From Gammaproteobacteria bacterium (GTDB taxonomy: Bacteria > Pseudomonadota > Gammaproteobacteria > Arenicellales > JAANXG01), in assembly GCA_034520625.1 (NCBI GenBank), contig JAXHNI010000009.1, positions 481,494-545,493 of the forward strand: a stretch of 64,000 nt of DNA. Reading direction: 5' to 3'. Below, in pieces: positions 38,013 through 49,724 of this stretch (the first letter of the stretch is position 1; each line of letters starts with the position of its first letter). Below the pieces are notes generated by a model, which was not told the origin of the DNA, did not search any database, and worked only from the letters and a program-made list of their open reading frames with translations. The position numbers and the translations under genes are program-made.

Positions 38013-38969
38013 ATGGCCGACGACAGAAACCCGCAATTGATCGGAATCGACGTCGGCGCGCCCGTGAAGAACGCCGTGGAGTGGATTCAGACGAATCTCG
38101 CGGGGGTGCTGGACGGCATCGCGGCGGGTATCGCCTTTTTCGTGGACAACCTCGAGGCGCTGCTCCTTTGGATCGATCCCTACGTGGCGGGCGCGCTGCT
38201 GATCATCCTGGGGCTCTGGCGGGTGGGAATCGGCTTTGGCATTTTCTGCGCCGTGTCCGTGCTGCTGTTCTGGGAGATGCAGCTGTGGTCGGAAACCATG
38301 TCCACGCTGGCCCTGGTGCTCAGCGCCAGCGTGGTGGCGATCTTCCTTGGCGTGCCGGTGGGCATCGCGATGTCGCGCAGTGACATGGTCGAGCGCCTGG
38401 TGCGCCCGGTTCTCGATCTCATGCAGACCATGCCGCCGTTCGTGTACCTGATCCCGGCCGCGATTTTCTTCGGCCTCGGCAAGGTGCCGGGCACGATCGC
38501 GACGGTGGTGTTCGCCATGCCGCCGGCGGTCCGGCTCACCAACCTGGGGATCCGCCAGGTGAGCCAGGAGAATATCGAGGCTGGCCTCGCGTTCGGCTGC
38601 ACGCCGCGCCAGCTCCTCACCAAGGTCCAGATGCCGCTGGCGATGCCCACCATCATGCAGGGCGTCAACCAGACCATCATGCTGTCATTGTCGATGGTGG
38701 TGATCGCGTCGATGATCGGCGCCGGGGGGCTTGGCAACGTCGTCCTGACGGGAATCCAGCGCCTCAACGTCGGACTGGGCTTCGAGGGCGGTCTCGGGGT
38801 CGTGCTGGTGGCGATTCTCCTGGACCGCATCACCCAGACATTCGGTGATCCACATAAGCGGGGCACCGGGGGCGGCGGCCTCTGGGGGCGCCTGCGCCGC
38901 GCTTTTGGACGTGGCCCCGACGCTGACCCGGGGCAGTCGGGGAACGGCAGGCCCGGTCCCAAGAGCTGA
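38013..38969 (+). CDS. proW: glycine betaine/L-proline ABC transporter permease
   Basis: It is a multi-TM protein with an EAA-like loop (EAGLAFGCTPRQLL) and lies directly after proV. Confidence 0.88.
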   Translation: MADDRNPQLIGIDVGAPVKNAVEWIQTNLAGVLDGIAAGIAFFVDNLEALLLWIDPYVAGALLIILGLWRVGIGFGIFCAVSVLLFWEMQLWSETMSTLALVLSASVVAIFLGVPVGIAMSRSDMVERLVRPVLDLMQTMPPFVYLIPAAIFFGLGKVPGTIATVVFAMPPAVRLTNLGIRQVSQENIEAGLAFGCTPRQLLTKVQMPLAMPTIMQGVNQTIMLSLSMVVIASMIGAGGLGNVVLTGIQRLNVGLGFEGGLGVVLVAILLDRITQTFGDPHKRGTGGGGLWGRLRRAFGRGPDADPGQSGNGRPGPKS

Positions 38970-39099
38970 CCGGCGCCAGGTCCTGCCCGGGCGGCTTTCC
39001 CGGCGGCGTGAAGTCACCGTTCAGGGCGACGAACGGCGCTGACGGTCGGTTATACTGTTGATACCACTGTAAAAATTCGGCAACTCCGAGCGTAATCAG

Positions 39100-39774
39100 A
39101 TGCGATTTCTATTGTGCGCAGCCATGACGGCCACGCTGCTGGCGGCGGGTCCCGCCGCCGGCCAGGATGAAAGCAAGCTGTACAAGTGGGTGGACGAGGA
39201 CGGCAACGTCACCTACCAGGACCGCCCGCCTCCGGACGAAGCGCGCCCGGTGCAGACCTTCGAGCAGCCTTTGGAACGATCCGCCGAGGGGGAGCAGGAT
39301 ATCGAGCTCCCGGATGTAGATCTGACCCTGTACTCGATCGAGGCCTGCGACGCCTGCGACCTCGTGCGCAATCTGTTGAATGACCGCGGCCTGCCGTTCA
39401 CCGAGAAGGATGCCGAGCAGAATGTGGAGGTGCAGGACGAGCTGAGGGAAGTGTCCGGCGTGCTTTCCGTTCCGGTACTGGTGATCGGCGACGAGGTGCT
39501 CACCGGCTTCAACCGGGATTTGATTCTGAGGGTGCTCAGTGATGCCGGGTTCCCGACCGACCCCGGCGCCCGGGCCCGGGCACCCGAATCGTCCGGGGAG
39601 GAGCCGGCGCCGGACGAGACCGACCAGGCCGGCGGGGACGCCTCCCCCGACGGTGAAGAGACGGACTCGTTCGAGGAGGACATCTTTTCCGGCTTCGACG
39701 ACGCGCCGTTGAATGACGATATCTCGCAGTGGGAGGAGATCCCCGAGGACGAACAGATACGTGTCGGCGAGTAG
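39100..39774 (+). CDS. secreted DUF4124-like / glutaredoxin-like fusion protein with acidic C-terminal tail
   Basis: It has a signal peptide and LYKWVDEDGNVTYQDRPP (DUF4124-type). A thioredoxin-fold segment carries CDAC and SVPVLVIGDEVLTGF. The 70-aa tail is rich in D and E. Confidence 0.65.
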   Translation: MRFLLCAAMTATLLAAGPAAGQDESKLYKWVDEDGNVTYQDRPPPDEARPVQTFEQPLERSAEGEQDIELPDVDLTLYSIEACDACDLVRNLLNDRGLPFTEKDAEQNVEVQDELREVSGVLSVPVLVIGDEVLTGFNRDLILRVLSDAGFPTDPGARARAPESSGEEPAPDETDQAGGDASPDGEETDSFEEDIFSGFDDAPLNDDISQWEEIPEDEQIRVGE

Positions 39775-39798
39775 TAGTCTGGCCCGGAGAGGGCGTGC

Positions 39799-40578
39799 GT
39801 GAAGATCGCCACCTGGAACGTCAACTCCCTGCGGGTCCGCCTGCCCCACGTCCTGGACTGGCTCAAGGCCAACGAGCCCGATGTCCTGTGCATCCAGGAA
39901 ACCAAGCTTCGGGACGAGGATTTCCCGGCCGGGGACTTCGAAGCCCTCGGCTATCACAGCGTATTCTCGGGACAGAAAACCTACAACGGCGTGGCCCTGG
40001 TCTCGCGGTCACCCGTCGCGGATGTGGGCACCGACCTGCCCGGCCTCGAGGATCCCCAGCGCCGCGTTCTGTCGGCGAACGTCGACGGAGTCCGGGTCGT
40101 GAACCTGTACGTTCCCAACGGCAAGGAAGTCGGTTCGGACAAGTACGAGTACAAGCTCGACTGGCTGAAGCACCTGGTGGCCTGGAGTAAGGTGCTGCTG
40201 GCGGAAAGCTCGAGCATCGTGATCTGCGGCGACTTCAACATCGCCCCGGAGGACCGCGACGTGCATGATCCCGAGGCCTGGCGGGGCAAGGTGCTGTGCA
40301 GCGAGCCCGAGCGCGAGGCCTTCAGGGCGCTGACGGCGGCGGGCTACCGGGACGCCTTCCGCAAGTTCGAGCAGCCGGACGACGCCTATTCGTGGTGGGA
40401 CTACCGCGCCGCGGCGTTCCGCCGCAACATGGGGCTGCGCATCGACCTCATCCTGTGCAGCGACGCCCTGTACGACGGGGTGACCGCCTGCACCATCGAC
40501 CGGGAGCCCCGCCGCCTGGAGCGGCCCTCCGACCACGCGCCGGTGGTCGCCGAGATCACTGCCTCGCTGGTCAGATAA
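39799..40578 (+). CDS. xthA: exodeoxyribonuclease III
   Basis: It has a GTG start and motifs KIATWNVNSL, QETK and PSDHAPV. Confidence 0.92.
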   Translation: MKIATWNVNSLRVRLPHVLDWLKANEPDVLCIQETKLRDEDFPAGDFEALGYHSVFSGQKTYNGVALVSRSPVADVGTDLPGLEDPQRRVLSANVDGVRVVNLYVPNGKEVGSDKYEYKLDWLKHLVAWSKVLLAESSSIVICGDFNIAPEDRDVHDPEAWRGKVLCSEPEREAFRALTAAGYRDAFRKFEQPDDAYSWWDYRAAAFRRNMGLRIDLILCSDALYDGVTACTIDREPRRLERPSDHAPVVAEITASLVR

Positions 40579-42034
40579 CCAGTCCCACCGTGAAACGGGT
40601 CACCACTGTGATCAGGACGATGCCGATAACGTTGAGCCAGATCCCGGCCCGCGCCATGGCGGGGGTGTTGATCATGCCGGAGCCGTACACGATGGCATTC
40701 GGCGGGGTCGCCACCGGCAGCATGAAGGCGCAGCTCGCGGCGATGGCCGCCGGCACGATGACCGTGACCGGGTCCAGCCCCAGCCCCACCGCGACGGCCG
40801 CGAAGATCGGCACCAGGGCGGTGGTGGTGGCGGTGTTGCTGGTGAGCTCGGTGAGAAAAATGATCAATGCCACCACCAGCAGAATCAGCAGTATCGGCGG
40901 CAGGTCCTTCAGGCCCCCCAGGGACGATGCCAGCAGCTCGCCGATGCCGTTGGCGCTGATGGCACCCGCCAGCGCCAGACCGCCGCCGAATAAAATCAGC
41001 ACCCCCCAGGGGACCCGGGTGGCCGTCTCCCAGTCCATCAGGAATGTCTTCTCGCGCAGGTTCACCGGGATCGAGAACAGCACCAGCGCAGCGATGATGG
41101 CGATGCCCGTGTCCGACAACCTGCCCAGGCCCGGCACTTCCACCAGCAGGGGCCGGAACATCCATGCCAGCGCGGTGAGCAGGAATATCACCAGCGTGAC
41201 ACGGGCGCCCCGCGTCCAGGGCTCGGCGTGCACGTCCAGCTCGGCGCCGCCCAGGGACGCGCCGCCGACCGGGTACAGGAAGCGGGTCAGCAGCAGCCAG
41301 GCCAGCGGTAGAAACAGGGCCGCTACCGGCACCCCGATAATCATCCACTCGGCGAACGAGATCTGCGTCTCGAGCTCGCTGGCCATGAACGAGGCCGTGA
41401 ACAGGTTGGGCGGCGTGCCCACGATGGTGCCGACTCCGCCGATGGATGCCGCGTAGGCGACCCCCAGCAGCAGGCACAGGGAAAAACTCTTTTTCTCGGG
41501 GGCGTCGTCGGACTGCAGGTTGATAACGCTCATGGCAATGGGCAGCATCACCAGGGCTGTGGCGGTATTGGAGATCCACATGCTCAACACCGCGGAGACC
41601 AGCATGAACCCGCCCACCAGCATCCTGGGCTCGGTGCCGACCACCCGCAGTACGGCGAAGGCGAATCGGCGGTGCAGCCCCCACCGCTCCAGCCCGAGCG
41701 CCAGCAGGAAGCCGCCCAGGAAGAGAAAAATCAGAGGGTGGGCGTACGCCGACGCCGTCGCATCCAGGGCGCGGGCCCCGGTGACCGGTAGCACGGCCAG
41801 GGGCAGCAGCGCCGTGGCGTAGACCGGGATCGCCTCGGTGAGCCACCACGCCGCCATCCAGCAGGCGAGGCCGGCGGTAATCCGGCCCGGGAAGCCGATG
41901 GCGATAACGGAGCCGTCCGGGGCAGCGGCGGAGTCGGGCGTGATCCAGAACGCGGCGGCGCCCAGCGCCGGACCGGCGATGAGCGCCAGCACGCGCAGTC
42001 TTCCCGAAAGTCGTGATCCTGTTTCCTGTTGCAT
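40571..42034 (-). CDS. DASS/SLC13 family anion:sodium symporter
   Basis: The product is 487 aa and multi-TM. It carries the DASS signature SNTATT in a hairpin loop (LTSNTATTTALVPI). Confidence 0.8.
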   Translation of the reverse strand: MQQETGSRLSGRLRVLALIAGPALGAAAFWITPDSAAAPDGSVIAIGFPGRITAGLACWMAAWWLTEAIPVYATALLPLAVLPVTGARALDATASAYAHPLIFLFLGGFLLALGLERWGLHRRFAFAVLRVVGTEPRMLVGGFMLVSAVLSMWISNTATALVMLPIAMSVINLQSDDAPEKKSFSLCLLLGVAYAASIGGVGTIVGTPPNLFTASFMASELETQISFAEWMIIGVPVAALFLPLAWLLLTRFLYPVGGASLGGAELDVHAEPWTRGARVTLVIFLLTALAWMFRPLLVEVPGLGRLSDTGIAIIAALVLFSIPVNLREKTFLMDWETATRVPWGVLILFGGGLALAGAISANGIGELLASSLGGLKDLPPILLILLVVALIIFLTELTSNTATTTALVPIFAAVAVGLGLDPVTVIVPAAIAASCAFMLPVATPPNAIVYGSGMINTPAMARAGIWLNVIGIVLITVVTRFTVGLVI

Positions 42035-42217
42035 TGTTACAGCGGCCGGTGGTGGCCCGGGATTCTACCGTGCTTCCCCGCGAGGCCGGAAAGGGTTCGG
42101 CATGGGGGTTGGCCGGCCCGGCCACGTTCCCATTGTAAAACCGGCGCGTTATGATGCTGTCCAATCGACAACAGCCTACGGGCGCGGCCTGTCGCGCCCA
42201 CTAGACGGGTAATCATC

Positions 42218-43036
42218 ATGGCGAAAGAGATTCTGGACGTGCTCGCGGACCTGCGAGCCCAGCGGGCGCCGCACGCCGTCGCGACGGTGGTGGAAACCCG
42301 CGGCTCGGTATCGGCAAAGACCGGCTCCAAGGCCGTCATCGACGACACCGGCGACCTGATCGCCGGCTGGGTGGGCGGCGGCTGCGCCGAATCCACCACC
42401 TGCCAGGCGGCCTTGGACTGCATCAGCTCCGGCGAAACCACGATACTGGACATCGACCTGGACGATGAAGTGCTGGGCGTCGGTATGCCCTGCGGCGGCA
42501 GCATGCGCGTGTATATCGAGCCGATGCTGCCCAGGCCCACGCTGTGGATCATGGGCCACGGCCGGGTGGGGGAATGCCTGTGCCAGCTCGGCGACCTGGC
42601 CGGCCTGGAGGTGGTGGTCAACGACCCCGCCGTCACCCGCGAGAAGTATCCCGCTGCAGCGCGGCTGATCACCGACGACATCGACTACCGCGAGCTGAAG
42701 CCGCGGGCGGATGACTACGTGGTGATCGCCACCCAGCACAAGGGCGACCACGAATCCATGCAGCGCGCCCTGGCCGCTAACCCTGGGTACATCGCGCTCA
42801 TTGCCAGCCGCAAGCGCTCGCGCCTGGTGCTCGACTATCTGCGCCAGGAAGGATTCGCGCAGCAGGATCTGGAAAAGGTCGTGGCCCCCGCCGGGTTGGA
42901 CCTCGGTGCCCGGACGCCGGAAGAGATCGCCCTGTGCGTGATCAGCGAGATCGTCATGCTCCGCCGCGGCGGCAGCGGCATGCGCATGCGGGACAAGATC
43001 GAAGCCGGGGAGGCGCCCGCCCGGGCCGCCGGCTGA
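42218..43036 (+). CDS. xdhC: XdhC/CoxI(CoxF)-family molybdoenzyme maturation protein
   Basis: The N-terminal XdhC_CoxI pattern is ATVVETRGSVSAKTGSK...GWVGGGC. A Rossmann-like C-terminal part follows (LWIMGHGRVG). Confidence 0.8.
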   Translation: MAKEILDVLADLRAQRAPHAVATVVETRGSVSAKTGSKAVIDDTGDLIAGWVGGGCAESTTCQAALDCISSGETTILDIDLDDEVLGVGMPCGGSMRVYIEPMLPRPTLWIMGHGRVGECLCQLGDLAGLEVVVNDPAVTREKYPAAARLITDDIDYRELKPRADDYVVIATQHKGDHESMQRALAANPGYIALIASRKRSRLVLDYLRQEGFAQQDLEKVVAPAGLDLGARTPEEIALCVISEIVMLRRGGSGMRMRDKIEAGEAPARAAG

Positions 43037-43039
43037 TCC

Positions 43040-44284
43040 ATGAGCCGATCCAGCGGGACCGGGACCGGCTTCGACCCCGAGCGCTTCAAGGCGCTGTTTC
43101 CTCTGCTCCACGAGGCCGAGCCGGCCCTCCACTACCTGGACAACGCGGCCACCGCCCACAAGCCCGATGCGGTGATCGACGCCGTGGGCACCTGCTACCG
43201 GCGCCACTACGCACCCGTGCATCGCGGCCTGTATCCGCTCGCCGAGCGCGCCTCCGCGCACTATGAGAAAGCCCGCGCCGCGGTGGCCGGCCTGGTCGGC
43301 GCCCCGAAGCCGGATCAGCTGATCTTTACCCGCGGCACCACGGAGTCCATCAACCTGGTGGCCCGGGGCTGGGCCCGCGGCGTACTGGCGCCCGGTGACC
43401 AGGTCTGGGTAACCGCCATGGAGCACCATTCCAATTACCTGCCCTGGCAGGCGGTATGCCGGGACGCGGGGGCGCGCCTGCGGGTTATCGAATGCGACGC
43501 GGCGGGCAATCTGGATCTCGAGGACGCCGACGGCTTGTTCGACGAGGCCACCCGCCTGATCGCGATCAATCACGTGTCGAATGTGCTCGGCGTCGTGAAT
43601 CCGGTTCAGGTCATTGCCGAGCGCGCCCGCGAGCACGGTATCCCGGTGCTGGTGGACGGCGCCCAGGCCGCCGGACACATGCCGGTAAACGTCGCGGAGA
43701 TCGGCTGTGACTTCTATGCGTTCTCGGCCCACAAAATGTACGGACCGGGAGGCATCGGCGCCCTGTACGCAGCCGGGGACCGGATCGACGCGCTGCAGCC
43801 CCTGCTGCTCGGCGGCGGCATGGTGGAGGAAGTCGGCGAGAGCGAATCCACCTGGCTGCCGGCCCCGGCGAGATTCGAGGCGGGCACGCCCAATCTCGCC
43901 GGGGCCGCGGGGTTCGCCGCCGCGGTGGCCTTCATTCGGGAACACCTGCCCGCCAACGCCGGGCAGCATGTCAACAGGCTGGCCGGCAGCGCCGCCGAGG
44001 GACTGCGGGCCATGGACCGGGTCACGTGCTACGGCCCGCCGGTGGAAGCGCGGCGCTCGGGCATCGTCTCGTTCAATATAGACGGCGTGCATCCGCACGA
44101 CGTCGCCCAGGTCGCCGCCGAGCAGGGCGTGGCACTGCGCGCCGGCCACCACTGCTGCCAGCCCCTGATGCAGCGGCTCGGTGTCCCGGCCACGGTCCGC
44201 GCCAGCTTCGCGCCCTACAATACCGCCGACGATGTCGACGCCCTGATCGCGGCGACCCGGAATGCCAAACGAATCTTCCTGTAA
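43040..44284 (+). CDS. cysteine desulfurase, group II (SufS/CsdA-like)
   Basis: It has YLDNAATA, the PLP lysine in SAHKMYGP and the catalytic cysteine in RAGHHCCQP. Confidence 0.88.
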   Translation: MSRSSGTGTGFDPERFKALFPLLHEAEPALHYLDNAATAHKPDAVIDAVGTCYRRHYAPVHRGLYPLAERASAHYEKARAAVAGLVGAPKPDQLIFTRGTTESINLVARGWARGVLAPGDQVWVTAMEHHSNYLPWQAVCRDAGARLRVIECDAAGNLDLEDADGLFDEATRLIAINHVSNVLGVVNPVQVIAERAREHGIPVLVDGAQAAGHMPVNVAEIGCDFYAFSAHKMYGPGGIGALYAAGDRIDALQPLLLGGGMVEEVGESESTWLPAPARFEAGTPNLAGAAGFAAAVAFIREHLPANAGQHVNRLAGSAAEGLRAMDRVTCYGPPVEARRSGIVSFNIDGVHPHDVAQVAAEQGVALRAGHHCCQPLMQRLGVPATVRASFAPYNTADDVDALIAATRNAKRIFL

Positions 44285-44727
44285 TGACCGAAACCGCCTA
44301 CAAGGCAGAGCTTCTCGACCACTACCGCAATCCGCGCAACCGGGCGGATACGGGTGATGCGGCGGTGGTGACCCGCGGCCGCAATCCCCGCTGCGGCGAT
44401 GACGTGGAAATCGGCGTGGACTTCGACGGCGAGACCCTGAGCCGGATCCGATTCCGCGGCCGCGGCTGCTCCATCTGCATCGCCTCGGCGTCGATGATGA
44501 CGGAGGCCGCCAGCGGGCGGCGCATCAGCGAAGCCCGCGGACTGGCGAACTTTGTCCATCGCTGGTTCAGCGACGACCCGGGGTTGGCCGCGGCGGCCCC
44601 CGAGCCGCTGCGCCCGCTGTCGCCGGTCCAGGACATGCCGGCACGCCGGCGCTGTGTGCTGCTGGCCTGGGAAGCGCTCGGCCAGGCATTGGACCGGGCC
44701 CCGCCGGGCGCCGGGAAACCCGAATGA
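44284..44727 (+). CDS. SufU/IscU-like (NifU N-terminal domain) sulfur acceptor/scaffold protein
   Basis: TAATG overlap with the desulfurase gene. It has LLDHYRNPRN, NPRCGDDV and GRGCSICIASASMM. The track ORF 44026..44727 is an N-terminal over-extension. Confidence 0.8.
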   Translation: MTETAYKAELLDHYRNPRNRADTGDAAVVTRGRNPRCGDDVEIGVDFDGETLSRIRFRGRGCSICIASASMMTEAASGRRISEARGLANFVHRWFSDDPGLAAAAPEPLRPLSPVQDMPARRRCVLLAWEALGQALDRAPPGAGKPE

Positions 44728-45971
44728 ACGACACGGCGCCTGCGTCCCCCGCGCCCCCGAAGCCCGTCGGCCTCGACGAGGCGCGCGCCGCCATGCTGGA
44801 GGGGCTGGCGTCGCTGCCCGGGACCGAGATTCTGGATATCGGCGCGACCCTCAAGCGGGTGTTGGCGGCGCCGCTGGTCTCCGCCATCGACGTGCCGGAG
44901 TTCGACAACAGCGCCATGGATGGCTACGCGGTGTGCAGCGGGGACATCTCGGGCGACGTGCCGATCGTTCTCGACGTCTCCCAGCATATCCGCGCGGGCG
45001 ATCGCGCTGAGCCCCTGACGTCCGGCACTGCCGCCCGCATTTTCACCGGCGCGCCGCTGCCCGAGGGTGCCGATGCCGTCGTCATGCAGGAAGAGTGCGA
45101 GCGCGACGGCGACCGGGTGCGGCTGCATCGTGCGGTGAAGGCCGGCGAGCACATACGGCCGCGGGCCCACGATATCGCCCGGGGTGCCGTCGTACTGCCG
45201 GCGGGCCATCGCATGCGTCCCCAGGACGTCGCCATCGCCGCCGCCACCGGCACCCGGGAATTGCGGGTGAGGCGGCGGCCGCGGGTGGCGATTTTCTCCA
45301 CCGGGGACGAGCTGGTCCTGCCCGGCCGGGACCTCGAGCCGGGCCATCGCTACACCGCCAACAATCATCTGCTCGCCGCGCTGCTGCAGGCCGCCGGCGC
45401 CGAGGTGACGGATGCCGGAATCATCCCCGACGACCTGGACGCCACCTGCGACAAGCTGGTGGCGCTGGCCCGTGATCATGACCTGCTGCTGTCCAGCGGC
45501 GGCGCCTCGGTGGGCGACGAGGATCACGTGCACCGGGCTCTGGGGCGGGTGGGGGAAGTCGCGCTGTGGCGCATCGCGGTGCGGCCCGGCAAGCCCCTGC
45601 TGTTCGGCCGCCTGGAATCCGTCCTGTTCCTGGGTCTGCCCGGCAACCCGGTCTCGACCTTCGTCACTTTTCTGCTGCTGGTCCGGCCCCTGGTGCTGGC
45701 GCTCCAGGGCGCCACCGCCCTCGAAGCGCCCAGGCTGATGGTCCGTGCGGGCTTCGACTGGCCCGAGCCCGGCAGCCGGCGGGAGTTCGTCCGGGTCCGC
45801 GTGGATTCGGACGCCGGCGGCGCCACCATCGCCCGGCTTTATCCGGACCAGAGCTCGGATGTCCTGAGCTCCGCGGTGTGGGCGGACGGCCTGGTGGAGA
45901 TCCCACCCGGTAAAGTGCTGTCCCGGGGCGACCAGGTGGGTTATGTTCCTTTCACCGGCTTGATAGACTGA
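44724..45971 (+). CDS. moeA: molybdopterin molybdenumtransferase
   Basis: It has SAMDGYAV, SGGASVGDEDHV and GLPGNPVS. ATGA overlap with the upstream gene. Confidence 0.9.
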   Translation: MNDTAPASPAPPKPVGLDEARAAMLEGLASLPGTEILDIGATLKRVLAAPLVSAIDVPEFDNSAMDGYAVCSGDISGDVPIVLDVSQHIRAGDRAEPLTSGTAARIFTGAPLPEGADAVVMQEECERDGDRVRLHRAVKAGEHIRPRAHDIARGAVVLPAGHRMRPQDVAIAAATGTRELRVRRRPRVAIFSTGDELVLPGRDLEPGHRYTANNHLLAALLQAAGAEVTDAGIIPDDLDATCDKLVALARDHDLLLSSGGASVGDEDHVHRALGRVGEVALWRIAVRPGKPLLFGRLESVLFLGLPGNPVSTFVTFLLLVRPLVLALQGATALEAPRLMVRAGFDWPEPGSRREFVRVRVDSDAGGATIARLYPDQSSDVLSSAVWADGLVEIPPGKVLSRGDQVGYVPFTGLID

Positions 45972-46067
45972 TCGACTTGAGCGACGGCTTCACGCTGTTC
46001 CTTAGGGCTCCGGCAACCGCTCCAGGGCCCGGTAACCGTGGCTTGTCATATAACCAGAGGAGGCACC

Positions 46068-46535
46068 ATGGATTTATCCCTGAGCATCAACGGTGATTCC
46101 GTCACCGTGGACGTTCCCCCCAACACCACGCTCGCGCAGCTGATCCGCGACGAGCTTCACATGACCGGCACGCATGTCGGCTGCGACACGACGCAGTGCG
46201 GCGCGTGCACGGTGCTGCTGGACGGCGAGGCCGTCAAGGCCTGCAACCTGCTGGCGCTGCAGTGCGCCGACCGTGACGTCACCACCATCGAAGGCCTCAA
46301 GGGCGAGAACGGCGGCATGCACCCCGTGCAGGAAGCGTTCAAGGATCTGCACGGCCTGCAGTGCGGGTTCTGCACCCCCGGCATGGTGATGTCCATCGTC
46401 GACCTGTGCAATCGCGTACCCGACGCGAACGAGCAGCAGATCCGCGAGCAGCTGGACGGCAATTACTGCCGCTGTACCGGCTACCAGAATATCGTGCGCG
46501 CCGTGCAGCAGGCGCAGCAGAATCTACGCACCTGA
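46068..46535 (+). CDS. coxS: [2Fe-2S]-binding small subunit of a xanthine-oxidase-family molybdoenzyme (CoxS-like)
   Basis: It has two cluster motifs, C..QCGACTV and CGFCTPG...C.C. Confidence 0.9.
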   Translation: MDLSLSINGDSVTVDVPPNTTLAQLIRDELHMTGTHVGCDTTQCGACTVLLDGEAVKACNLLALQCADRDVTTIEGLKGENGGMHPVQEAFKDLHGLQCGFCTPGMVMSIVDLCNRVPDANEQQIREQLDGNYCRCTGYQNIVRAVQQAQQNLRT

Positions 46536-46547
46536 CGGAGGCCCGCC

Positions 46548-48920
<2,373 letters not shown>

Positions 48921-48935
48921 GGCGGGAGGTTAACC

Positions 48936-49724
48936 ATGTATCGATTCGAATATGCCCAGGCCTCCAGCATCCAGGATGCCACCGCCCAGGCCGGCGAGGA
49001 CGTCGCCTATCTCGGCGGCGGTCAGAGCCTGCTGGGCGCCATGCGCCTGCGGCTGGCGGCGCCCGAGAAGCTGGTGGACATCGGCCGCATCGCCGACCTG
49101 CGCGGCATCAAGAACAGCGGCGACACCCTCAACATCGGGGCGATGACGACCCACGCCGCGGTGGCCGCCGACGAGACCGTGCGCTCGCAGATCCCGGCGC
49201 TGGCCGACCTGGCCCGCGGCATCGGGGACCGGCAGGTGCGAAACGTCGGCACCATCGGCGGGTCCATCGCCAACAACGACCCCGCCGCCGACTACCCCGC
49301 CGGCGTGCTCGGTCTCGGCGCCACCATCGTCACGGACCAGCGCCGGATCAGGGCCGACGATTTCTTCACCGGGATGTACGAAACGGCGTTGAAGCCGGGC
49401 GAGCTGATCCTTCAGCTGAGCTTCCCGGTGCCGGAATCGGCGGCCTACATCAAGTTCAAGCAGGAGGCGTCCCGCTACGCCCTGGTGGGCGTGTTCGTCG
49501 CCCGCTTCGACGACGGCGTGCGGGTCGCGGTTACCGGCGCCGGCCCCGCGGTGTTCCGCTGCGAGCCCCTGGAGCAGGCCCTGTCCGGGGACTTCTCCGC
49601 GGACGCGGCGCGCAAGGTGACGGTGTCGCCGGACGATCTGTCCAGCGATATCCATGCCGCGGCCGACTACCGCGCGCACCTGATACCGGTGCTGGCCTCC
49701 AGGGCGGTCGCCAAGGCGGCATGA
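48936..49724 (+). CDS. coxM: FAD-binding medium subunit (CoxM-like)
   Basis: It has an FAD_binding_5 pattern with AYLGGGQSL and TIGGSIANNDPAAD. Confidence 0.88.
   Translation: MYRFEYAQASSIQDATAQAGEDVAYLGGGQSLLGAMRLRLAAPEKLVDIGRIADLRGIKNSGDTLNIGAMTTHAAVAADETVRSQIPALADLARGIGDRQVRNVGTIGGSIANNDPAADYPAGVLGLGATIVTDQRRIRADDFFTGMYETALKPGELILQLSFPVPESAAYIKFKQEASRYALVGVFVARFDDGVRVAVTGAGPAVFRCEPLEQALSGDFSADAARKVTVSPDDLSSDIHAAADYRAHLIPVLASRAVAKAA

Noticed and set aside
39017-39036. GACGAACGG, the reverse complement of the AlgR-type core CCGTTCGTC, downstream of proW.
   Set aside because: A single 9-mer match is roughly what chance predicts in 64 kb of GC-rich DNA. It also forms the hairpin CCGTTC-n8-GAACGG, which is more simply a post-proW structure.
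44026-44283. Upstream extension of the SufU-like ORF (track 44026..44727). Analogous over-extended track ORFs are 48896..50692, 49987..51876, 26530..27984, 35646..36710 and 14551..15540.
   Set aside because: The extensions overlap the 3' ends of well-supported upstream genes in another frame and are compositionally junk. Internal starts give canonical protein N-termini and stop/start overlaps.
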